Source: the human T2T-CHM13v2.0 reference genome, Homo sapiens. Taken from it: a stretch of 64,000 bases of DNA. Of the stretch, positions 1 to 12,200 are shown piece after piece; positions within the stretch are counted from its first letter, which is position 1, and each line of letters begins with the position of its first letter. A model generated the notes under the pieces. It had not been told where the DNA came from. It saw only the letters and a list, made by a program, of their open reading frames with translations, and searched no databases. The stretch is from assembly GCF_009914755.1 (NCBI RefSeq), contig NC_060948.1, one strand, 5' to 3'. Both the position numbers and the translations under genes were made by a program.

Positions 1-740
1 GAATCGAATGGAAGGGAATCGAACAGAATGGACTCGAAGGGAAAAGACTGCAATGGAAAGGTCTCGAATGGAATGGAAATTAATGGAATGGAATGGAATC
101 GAATGAAGTGGAGTCTAAAGGAATGGAATCGAATGGCAAGAAATCGAATGTAATGGAATCGCAAGGAATTGATGTGAACGGAACGGAATGGAATGGAATC
201 CAAAGGAATGTAATAGAATGGAATGGAATCAAATGGAAAGGACTCGAATGGAAATCACTCGAATAGAATGCAATTTAATAAAATAGGATCAAATGTAATG
301 GAATGGAATGGAAAGGAATCGAAACGAAAGGAATGGAGACAGATGGAATGGAATGGAACAGAGAGCAATGGTATAGAATGGAATGGAATCATCTGGAATG
401 GAATTGAATGGAATGCAATAACATGAAATGGAATGGAATGGAATGGAATGCCCTTGAATTAAATGGACTGGAATGGAATGGACTCGAACAGAGTGGAATG
501 GAAAGTGTTGAAATAGAATGGAATGGACTCGTTTGGAATGGTCTAGTATGCAATGCAATCGACTGGCAGGGAATCAAAAGGAATGTAATCGAATGGATTG
601 GACTGGAATGCAATGGACTCGAATAGATTGGAAACGGAATGCAAAGGAATGGAATGGAATAGTATGGAATGGAATGGAAAGGAATGGAGTGGAATAGACT
701 AGAGTGGAATGGAATGGACTCAAAAGCAATGGACTGGAAT

Positions 741-755
741 GGAACTTTCTTGAAT
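741..755. promoter_or_regulatory. Perfect three-unit heat-shock element motif (gGAActTTCttGAAt), recurring once per unit
   Basis: Exact match to nGAAnnTTCnnGAAn; recurs at e.g. ~4290, ~7859, ~11358. Binding or function at this site not shown. Confidence 0.55.
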
Positions 756-2988
756 GGACTGGAATCAAACGGAATGGAATGCAATGCAATCAAATGGCAT
801 GGAATAACATAGAATGAAAGAGAATCAAATGGAATTGAATGGAATGGAATCGAATGGATTGGAAAGGAATAGAATGGAATGGAATGGAATTGACTCAAAT
901 GGAATGGACTAGAATGGAATGGATTCGAATGGAAGGCAAAGGAATGGAATCTATTGGAATGGACTGTAATGGAATGGAATGGAAGGGATTGGAATGGACT
1001 CGAATGGAATGGACTGCAATAGAAAGGATTCGAATGGAATGAAAAAGAATTGAATGGAATAGAACAGAATGGAATCAAATCGAATGAAATGGAATGGAAT
1101 AGAAAGGAATGGAATGAAATGGAATGGAAAGGATTCGAATGGAATGCAATCGAATGGAATGGAATCGAACGGAATGGAATAAAATGGAAGAAAACTGGCA
1201 AGAAATGGAATCGAAATGAATGGAGTGTTATGGAACGGACTCATAAGGAATTGAATGTAATAGAATTGAGTGAAGTGGACTCGAATATAATGGACTGGAA
1301 TGGAATGAAATCACATGGAATGGGAACGAATGGAATGGAATGGAAAGGAATGGAATCGAATGGAAAGGAATGGAATGGAAGGGAATGAAACTGAATCAAC
1401 AGGAATGGAAGGGAGTAGAATAGACGGTAATGGAATGGACTCGAATAGAATGGACACGAATGCACAAATTGAATGGACTCGAATGGAATGGAAACGAAAG
1501 GAATGTCATCGAATGGAATTGAATCGATTGGAATGAAATCGCATAGAATGGAGTGGAATCAAATGGAATTGAGTCGAAAGGAAAGGAAGCGAATGGACTG
1601 AAATGAAATGGAATGGAATGGAATGGAAAGTAATGCAATGGAATAGAATGGAACGAAATTTCACGGAATGGAATCAAACTGAATGGAATAAAATCAATGG
1701 AATATAATCAAATGGAATGGAAAGGAATTGAATGGAGTAGATTGGATTGGATGGGATTGGAATGAAATGGAATGGAAAGGACTCGAATTTCATGAAACGG
1801 AATGGAATGAATTGGAACGGAATGGACTCGAATGGAATGGAATGTCATGGAATTGCATCAAATGGAATGGCATCAAAGGGAATGGAATCGAATGCAATGG
1901 AATGCTATGGAATGGATTGGAATGCATTGGAATGGAATGTCCTCTAATGGAATGGATTCGAGTGGAATGGAATCGAATATAATGGAGTCGAATGAAATGG
2001 AATTGAAAGGAATGGGATCGAATACAATGGAATATACTGGAATGTAACGTAATGAACTCGAATGTAATTGACTGGAATGGAATGTACACGAATGGAATGT
2101 AATCGAATGGAAAGTAATCCAATGGAATAGAATGTAATGCAATAAAATCGACTCAAATAGAATAGAATGCAATGGAATGGAGTGCAGTGCAATGGAATGG
2201 AATGGAATGGAATGCAATGGAATGGAATGGAATGGAATGGAATGCAATGGGATGGAATGGTATGGAATGGATAGTAATGGACTGGAGTGAAATGGACTGG
2301 AAAGGAATGGACTCAAATTGAAAGGTCTCGAAAGGAATGGAGTCAAATGGAATGGTCTGGAATGGAATGAACACGAATGTAATGCAATCCAATAGAATGG
2401 AATCGAATGGCATGGAATATAAAGAAATGGAATCGAAGAGAATGGAAACAAATGGAATGGAATTGAATGGAATGGAATTGAATGGAATGGGAACGAATGG
2501 AGTGAAATTGTATGCAGTAGAAGAGAATAGAATGGAATGCAAGCGAAAGGAAAGGAATGGATTGGAATGGAATGGAATTCATTGGAATGGAAGGGAATGT
2601 AGTGTAATGGACAGGCCTGGAATAAAGTGGAATGCTACGGTCTCGAATGGAATAAAAATGTATGGAATGGAATGCAATGAAACGGAATCGAATGTCATAG
2701 AATGTAATGGAATGCAAAAAAATGGAATCCAAAATCATTGACTGGAAAGGCTGGGTGTCGAAAGGAATTGACTCCAATGGAATGGAATCGAATGGAATGG
2801 AAGTGAATAGAATCGAACTAAATCGAATGGAATGGAATTGATAGGAACGGAATGGAAAGGAATGCAATGATTTGGCATGGAATGGAATCGAATGGCATCG
2901 AATGGAATGGAATGGAATGCAATGGAATGGAATATATTAGAATGTAATGAACTTTAATGGAATGTACTCGAATGGATTCGACTGGAAT

Positions 2989-3003
2989 GGAATGTTCTGG
3001 AAG
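2989..3003. promoter_or_regulatory. Perfect three-unit heat-shock element motif (gGAAtgTTCtgGAAg), recurring once per unit
   Basis: Exact match to nGAAnnTTCnnGAAn; the variants at ~13611, ~17125 and ~34778 alter only spacer bases. Confidence 0.55.
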
Positions 3004-3268
3004 TGAATGGACTCCAATGGAATGGATTCGAAAGGAATGGAATCGTACGGAATGGAATCTAATGGAATGGAATTAAATGGAAATGAATCAAATTGAATAG
3101 CACGGAATTGAATTGAATGGAATGGAATGCAATGGAATCTAATGAAACGGAAAGGAAAGGAATGGAATGGAATGGAATGGGCTGGAATGGAAAGGAATCG
3201 AAACGAATGGAATGGAATCGAACTGAAGAGACTGGAATGGAATGCACTGGAATGGAAGGGAGTGTAAT

Positions 3269-3283
3269 GGAAGGTTCTCGAAA
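3269..3283. promoter_or_regulatory. Perfect three-unit heat-shock element motif (gGAAggTTCtcGAAa), recurring once per unit
   Basis: Exact match to nGAAnnTTCnnGAAn; disrupted in the copies at ~13881, ~17395 (TTCTCAAGA) and ~46500 (TAAGGTTC). Confidence 0.55.
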
Positions 3284-6200
3284 AAAATGGAATCGAATGG
3301 AATGGAATTGAATGGAACGGAATAGAGTCGAATGGAATTGAATGGAATGGAATGGACTAGAGTGAAATGGAATCGAACCACAAGGAATGGACAGGAATAG
3401 AATGGTCTCGAATTGAATGGAATCGTATGGAATGGCATCAAACGGAATGGAATGGACAGACACGGAATGGAATGCACTCGAATGCAATGGAGTCGAAACT
3501 AATGGACTGGAATAGAATGGACTCGACTGGTACGGACTCCAATGGAATGGAATCGAATGCAAGGGAATCGAACGGAATGGACTCGAAGGGAAAAGACTGC
3601 AATGGAAAGGTCTCGAATGGAATGGAAATTAATGGAATGGATTGGAATCGAATGAAATGGAGTCAAAAGGAATGGAATCGAATGGCAAGAAATCGAATGT
3701 AATGGAATCGCAAGGAATTGATGTGAACGGAACGGAATGGAATGGAATCCAAAGGAATGGAATAGAATGGAATGGAATCGAATGGAAAGGACTCGAATGG
3801 AAATCACTCGAATAGAATGCAATTTAATAAAATAGGATCAAATGTAATGGAATGGAATGGAAAGGAATCGAAACGAAAGGAATGGAGACAGATGGAATGG
3901 AATGGAACAGAGAGCAATGGTATAGAATGGAATGGAATCATCTGGAATGGAATTGAATGGAATGGAATAACATGAAATGGAATGGAATGGAATGGAATGC
4001 CCTTGAATTAAATGGACTTGAATGGAATGGACTCGAACAGAGTGGAATGGAAAGTGTTGAAATATAATGGAATGGACTCCTTTGGAATGGTCTAGTATGC
4101 AATGCAATCGACTGGCAGGGAATCAAAAGGAATGTAATCGAATGGATTGGACTGGAATGCAATGGATTCGAATAGATTGGAAACGGAATGCAAAGGAATG
4201 GAATGGAATAGTATGGAATGGAATGGAAAGGAATGGAGTGGAATAGACTAGAGTGGAATGGAATGGACTGGAAAGCAATGGACTGGAATGGAACTTTCTT
4301 GAATGGACTGGAATCAAACGGAATGGAATGCAATGCAATCAAATGGCATGGAATAAAATAGAATGAAAGAGAATCAAACGGAATTGAATCGAATGGAATC
4401 GAATGGATTGGAAAGGAATAGAATGGAATGGAATGGAATTGACTCAAATGGAATGGACTAGAATGGAATGGATTCGAATGGAAGGCAAAGGAATGGAATC
4501 TATTGGAATGGACTGTAATGGAATGGAATGGAAGGGATTGGAATGGACTCGAATGGAATGGACTGCAATAGAAAGGATTCGAATGGAATGAAAAAGAATT
4601 GAATGGAATAGAACAGAATGGAATCAAACCTCATGAAATAGAATGGAATAGAAAGGAATGGAATGAAATGGAATGGAAAGGATTCGAATGGAATGCAATC
4701 GAATGGAATGCAATCGAATGGAATGGAATCGAACGGAATGGAATAAAATGGAAGAAAACTGGCAAGAAATGGAATCGAAATGAATGGAGTGTTATGGATC
4801 GGACTCAAAAGGAATTGAATGTAATAGAATGGAGTGGAGTGGACTCGAATATAATGGACTGGAATGGAATGAAATCACATGGAATGGGAACGAATGGAAT
4901 GGAATGGAAAGGAATGGAATCGAATGGAAAGGAATCGAATGGAAGGGAATGAAATTGAATCAACAGGAATGGAAGGGAGTAGAATAGACGGTAATGGAAT
5001 GGACTCGAATAGAATGGACACGAATGCTCAAATTGAATGGACTCGAATGGAATGGAAACGAAAGGAATGTCATCGAATGGAATTGAATCGGTTGGAATGA
5101 AATCGCATAGAATGGAGTGGAATCAAATGGAATTGAATCGAAAGGAAAGGAAGCGAATGGACTGAAATGAAATGGAATGGAATTGAATGGAAAGTAATGC
5201 AATGGAATAGAATGGAACGAAATTTCACGGAATGGAATCAAACTGAATGGAATCAAATCAATGGAATATAATCAAATGGAATGGAAAGGAATTGAATGGA
5301 GTAGATTGGGTTGGATGGGATTTGAATGAAATGGAATGGAAAGGACTCGAATTTCATGAAACGGAATGGAATGAATTGGAACGGAATGGACTCGAATGGA
5401 ATGGAATGACATGGAATGGCAAGAAATGGAATGGCATCAAAGGGAATGGAATCGAATGCAATGGAATGCTATGGAATGGAATGGAATGCATTGGAATGGA
5501 ATGTCCTCTAATGGAATGGATTCGAGTGGAATGGAATCTAATATAATGGAGTTGAATGAAATGGAATTGAAAGGAATGGGATCGAATACAATGGAATATA
5601 CTGGAATGTAATGTAAAGAACTCGAATGTAATTGAATGGAAAGGAATGTACATGAATGGAATGTAATCGAATGGAAAGTAATCCAATGGAATAGTATCTA
5701 ATGTAATAAAATCGACTCAGATAGAGTAGAATGTAATGGAATGGAGTGTAGTGCAATGGAATGGAATGGAATGGAATGCAATGGAATGGAAAGGAATGGA
5801 ATGGAATGGAATGGAATGGGATGGAATGGTATGGAATGGATAGTAATGGACTGGAGTGAAATGGACTGGAAAGGAATGGACTCAAATTGAAAGGTCTCGA
5901 AAGGAATGGAGTCAAAAGGAATGGTCTGGAATGGAATGAACACGAATGTAATGCAATCCAATAGAATGGAGTCGAATGGCATGGAATATAAAGAAATGGA
6001 ATCGAAGAGAATGGAAACAAATGGAATGGAATTGAATGGAATGGAATTGAATGGAATGGGAAGGAATGGAGTGAAATTGTATGCAGTAGAAGAGAATAGA
6101 ATGGAATGCAAGCAAAAGGAAAGGAATGGATTGGAATGGAATGGAATTCATTGGAATGGAAGGGAATGTAGTGTAATGGACAGGCCTGGAATAAAGTGGA

Positions 6201-9200
6201 ATGCTACGGTCTCGAATGGAATAAAAATGTATGGAATGGAATGCAATGAAACGGAATCGAATGTCATAGAATGTAATGGAATGCAAAAAAATGGAATCCA
6301 AAATCATTGACTGGAAAGGCTGGGTGTCGAAAGGAATTGACTCCAATGGAATGGAATCGAATGGAATGGAAGTGAATAGAATCGAACTAAATCGAATGGA
6401 ATGGAATTGATAGGAACGGAATGGAAAGGAATGCAATGATTTGGCATGGAATGGAATCGAATGGCATCGAATGGAATGGAATGGAATGCAATGGAATGGA
6501 ATGTATTAGAATGTAATGAACTTTAATGGAATGTACTCGAATGGATTCGACTGGAATGGAATGTTCTGGAAGTGAATGGACTCCAATGGAATGGATTCAA
6601 AAGGAATGGAATCGTACGGAATGGAATCTAATGGAATGGAATTAAATGGAAATGAATCAAATTGAATAGCACGGAATTGAATTGAATGGAATGGAATGCA
6701 ATGGAATCTAATGAAACGGAAAGGAAAGGAATGGAATGGAATGGAATGGGCTGGAATGGAAAGGAATCGAAACGAATGGAATGGAATCGAACTGAAGAGA
6801 CTGGAATGGAATGCACTGGAATGGAAGGGAGTGTAATGGAAGGTTCTCGAAAAAAATGGAATCGAATGGAATGGAATTGAATGGAACGGAATAGAGTCGA
6901 ATGGAATTGAATGGAATGGAATGGACTAGAGTGAAATGGAATCGAACCACAAGGAATGGACAGGAATAGAATGGTCTCGAATTGAATGGAATCGTATGGA
7001 ATGGCATCAAACGGAATGGAATGGACAGCCACGGAATGGAATGCACTCGAATGCAATGGAGTCGAAACTAATGGACTGGAATAGAATGGACTCGACTGGT
7101 ACGGACTCCAATGGAATGGAATCGAATGGAAGGGAATCGAACGGAATGGACTCGAAGGGAAAAGACTGCAATGGAAAGGTCTCGAATGGAATGGAAATTA
7201 ATGGAATGGAATGGAATCGAATGAAATGGAGTCAAAAGGAATGGAATCGAATGGCAAGAAATCGAATGTAATGGAATCGCAAGGAATTGATGTGAACGGA
7301 ACGGAATGGAATGGAATCCAAAGGAATGGAATAGAATGGAATGGAATCGAATGGAAAGGACTCGAATGGAAATCACTCGAATAGAATGCAATTTAATAAA
7401 ATAGGATCAAATGTAATGGAATGGAATGGAAAGGAATCGAAACGAAAGGAATGGAGACAGATGGAATGGAATGGAACAGAGAGCAATGGTATAGAATGGA
7501 ATGGAATCATCTGGAATGGAATTGAATGGAATGGAATAATATGAAATGGAATGGAATGGAATGGAATGTCCTTGAATTAAATGGACTGGAATGGAATGGA
7601 CTCGAACAGAGTGGAATGGAAAGTGTTGAAATAGAATGGAATGGACTCGTTTGGAATGGTGTAGTATGCAATGCAATCGACTGGCAGGGAATCAAAAGGA
7701 ATGTAATCGAATGGATTGGACTGGAATGCAATGGACTCGAATAGATTGGAAACGGAATGCAAAGGAATGGAATGGAATAGTATGGAATGGAATGGAAAGG
7801 AATGGAGTGGAATAGACTAGAGTGGAATGGAATGGACTCGAAAGCAATGGACTGGAATGGAACTTTCTTGAATGGACTGGAATCAAACGGAATGGAATGA
7901 AATGCAATCAAATGGCATGGAATAAAATAGAATGAAAGAGAATCAAACGGAATTGAATCGAATGGAATCGAATGGATTGGAAAGGAATAGAATGGAATGG
8001 AATGGAATTGACTCAAATGGAATGGACTAGAATGGAATGGATTCGAATGGAAGGCAAAGGAATGGAATCTATTGGAATGGACTGTAATGGAATGGAATGG
8101 AAGGGATTGGAATGGACTCGAATGGAATGGACTGCAATAGAAAGGATTCGAATGGAATGAAAAAGAATTGAATGGAATAGAACAGAATGGAATCAAACCT
8201 CATGAAATAGAATGGAATAGAAAGGAATGGAATGAAATGGAATGGAAAGGATTCGAATGGAATGCAATCGAATGGAATGCAATCGAATGGAATGGAATCG
8301 AACGGAATGGAATAAAATGGAAGAAAACTGGCAAGAAATGGAATCGAAATGAATGGAGTGTTAAGGAACGGACTCAAAAGGAATTGAATGTAATAGAATG
8401 GAGTGGAGTGGACTCGAATATAATGGAGTGGAATGGAATGAAATCACATGGAATGGGAACGAATGGAATGGAATGGAAAGGAATGGAATCGAATGGAAAG
8501 GAATCGAATGGAAGGGAATGAAATTGAATCAACAGGAATGGAAGGGAATAGAATAGACGGTAATGGAATGGACTCGAATAGAATGGACACGAATGCTCAA
8601 ATTGAATGGACTCGAATGGAATGGAAATGAAAGGAATGTCATCGAATGCAATTCAATCGATTGGAATGAAATCGCATAGGATGGAGTGGAATCAAATGGA
8701 ATTGAATCGAAAGGAAAAGAAGCGAATTGACTGAAATGAAATGGAATGGAATTGAATGGAAAGTAATGCAACGGAATAGAATGGAATGAAATTTCACGGA
8801 ATGGAATCAAACTGAATGGAATCAAATCAATGGAATATAATCAAATGGAATGGAAAGGAATTGAATGGAGTAGATTGTATTGGATGGGATTGGAATGAAA
8901 TGTACTGGAAAGGACTCGAATTTCATGAAACGGAATGGAATGTATTAGAACGGAATGGACTCGAATGGAATTGAATGTCACGGAATGGCATCAAATGGAA
9001 TGGCATCAATTGGAATGGAATCGAATGCAATGGAATGCTATGGAATGGAATGGAATGCATTGGAATGGAATGTCCTCTAATGGAATGGATTCGAGTGGAA
9101 TGGAATCGAATATAATGGAGTCTAATGAAATGGAATTGAAAGGAATGGGATCCAATACAATGGAATATACTGGAATGTAATGTAATGAACTCGAATGTAA

Positions 9201-12200
9201 TTGACTGGAATGGAATGTACATGAGTGGAATGTAATCGAATGGAAAGTAATCCAATGGAATAGAATCTAATGCAATAAAATCGACTCAAATAGAGTAGAA
9301 TGTAATGGAATGGAGTGTAGTGCAATGGAATGGAATGGAATGGGATGGAATGGTATGGAATGGATAGTAATGGACTGGAGTGAAATGGACTGGAAAATAA
9401 TGGACTCAAATTGAAAGGGCTCGAAAGGAATGGAGTCAAATGGAATGGTCTGGAATGGAATGAACACGAATGTAATGCAATCCAATAGAATGGAATCGAA
9501 TGGCATGGAATATAAAGAAATGGAATCGAAGAGAATGGAAACAAATGGAATGGAATTGAATGGAATGGAATTGAATGGAATGGGAACGAATGGAGTGAAA
9601 TTGTATGCAGTAGAAGAGAATAGAATGGAATGCAAGCGAAAGGAAAGGAATGGATTGGAATGGAATGGAATTCATTGGAATGGAAGGGAATGTAGTGTAA
9701 TGGACAGGCCTGGAATAAAGTGGAATGCTACGGTCTCGAATGGAATAAAAATGTATGGAATGGAATGCAATGAAACGGAATCGAATGTCATAGAATGTAA
9801 TGGAATGCAAAAAAATGGACTCCAAAATCATTGACTGGAAAGGCTGGGTGTCGAAAGGAATTGACTCCAATGGAATGGAATCGAATGGAATGGAAGTGAA
9901 TAGAATCGAACTAAATCGAATGGAATGGAATTGATAGGAACGGAATGGAAAGGAATGCAATGATTTGGCATGGAATGGAATCGAAAGGCATCGAATGGAA
10001 TGGAATGGAATGCAATGGAATGGAATGTATTAGAATGTAATGAACATTAATGGAAAGTACTCGAATGGATTCGACTGGAATGGAATGTTCTGGAAGTGAA
10101 TGGACTCCAATGGAATGGATTCGAAAGGAATGGAATCGAACGGAATGGAATTAAACGGAAATGAATCAAATAGAATAGAACGGAATTGAATTGAATGGAA
10201 TCGAATGCAATGGAATCTAATGAAACGGAAAGGAATGGAATGGAATGGGCTGGAATGGAATGGAATCGAAACGAATGGAATGGAATCGAACTGAAGAGAC
10301 TGGAATGGAATACACTGGAATGGAAGGGAATGTAATGGAAGGTTCTCGAAAAAAATGTAATTGAAAGGAATGGAATTGAGTGGAACGGAATAGAGTCGAA
10401 TGGAATTCAATGGAATGGAATGGACTAGAGTGAAATGGAATCGAACCACAAGGAATGGACAGGAATAGAATGGTCTCGAATTGAATGGAATCGTATGGAA
10501 TGGCATCAAACGGAATGGAATGGACAGCCACGGAATGGAATGCACTCGAATGCAATGGAGTCGAAACTAATGGACTGGAATAGAATGGACTCGACTGGTA
10601 CGGACTCCAATGGAATGGAATCGAATGGAAGGGAATCGAACGGAATGGACTCGAAGGGAAAAGACTGCAATGGAAAGGTCTCGAATGGAATGGAAATTAA
10701 TGGAATGGAATGGAATCGAATGAAATGGAGTCAAAAGGAATGGAATCGAATGGCAGGAAATCGAATGTAATGGAATCACAAGGAATTGATGTGAACGGAA
10801 CGGAATGGAATGGAATCCAAAGGAATGGAATAGAATGGAATGGAATCGAATGGAAAGGACTCGAATGGAAATCACTCGAATAGAATGCAATTTAATAAAA
10901 TAGGATCAAATGTAATGGAATGGAATGGAAAGGAATCGAAACGAAAGGAATGGAGACAGATGGAATGGAATGGAACAGAGAGCAATGGTATAGAATGGAA
11001 TGGAATCATCTGGAATGGAATTGAATGGAATGGAATAACATGAAATGGACTGGAATGGAATGGAATGCCCTTGAATTAAATGGACTGGAATGGAATGGAC
11101 TCGAACAGAGTGGAATGGAAAGTGTTGAAATAGAATGGAATGGACTCGTTTGGAATGGTCTAGTATGCAATGCAATCGACTGGCAGGGAATCAAAAGGAA
11201 TGTAATCGAATGGATTGGACTGGAATGCAATGGACTCGAATAGATTGGAAACGGAATGCAAAGGAATGGAATGGAATAGTATGGAATGGAATGGAAAGGA
11301 ATGGAGTGGAATAGACTAGAGTGGAATGGAATGGACTCGAAAGCAATGGACTGGAATGGAACTTTCTTGAATGGACTGGAATCAAACGGAATGGAATGTA
11401 ATGCAATCAAATGGCATGGAATAAAATAGAATGAAAGAGAATCAAATGGAATTGAATCGAATGGAATCGAATGGATTGGAAAGGAATAGAATGGAATGGA
11501 ATGGAATTGACTCAAATGGAATGGACTAGAATGGAATGGATTCGAATGGAAGGCAAAGGAATGGAATCTATTGGAATGGACTGTAATGGAATGGAATGGA
11601 AGGGATTGGAATGGACTCGAATGGAATGGACTGCAATAGAAAGGATTCGAATGGAATGAAAAAGAATTGAATGGAATAGAACAGAATGGAATCAAATCGA
11701 ATGAAATGGAATGGAATAGAAAGGAATGGAATGAAATGGAATGGAAAGGATTCGAATGGAATGCAATCGAATGGAATGGAATCGAACGGAATGGAATAAA
11801 ATGGAAGAAAACTGGCAAGAAATGGAATCGAAATGAATGGAGTGTTATGGAACGGACTCAAAAGGAATTGAATGTAATAGAATGGAGTGGAGTGGACTCG
11901 AATATAATAGACTGGAATGGAATGAAATCACATGGAATGGGAACGAATGGAATGGAATGGAAAGGAATGGAATCGAATGGAAAGGAATCGAATGGAAGGG
12001 AATGAAATTGAATCAACAGGAATGGAAAGGAGTAGAATAGACGGTAATGGAATGGGCTCGAATAGAATGGACACGAATGCTCAAATTAAATGGACTCGAA
12101 TTGAATGGAAACGAAAGGAATGTCATCGAATGGAATTGAATCGATTGGAATGAAATCACATATAATGGAGTGGAATCAAATGGAATTGAATCGAAAGGAA

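Larger units (their letters stand above)
223..3771 (+). repeat. Representative full higher-order unit (3549 bp; arbitrary register)
   Basis: Distance between successive landmarks. Contains once-per-unit motifs CAATTTAATAAAATAGG (~271), EcoRI GAATTC (2575-2580), StuI/HaeIII AGGCCT (2613-2618), GGCTGGGTGTCG (~2749), GAACCACAAGG (~3375). Confidence 0.9.

Noticed and set aside
2337-2741. 134-aa ORF recurring in most units
   Set aside because: Recurrence reflects array homogenisation; it is disrupted or extended at ~45.8, ~53.0, ~56.6, ~60.1 and ~63.4 kb, so there is no sign of coding constraint.
2749-2762. G-rich GGCTGGGTGTCG as a G-quadruplex or telomere-like seed
   Set aside because: Only one GGG run and no TTAGGG repeats; it is simply a divergent pentamer stretch.
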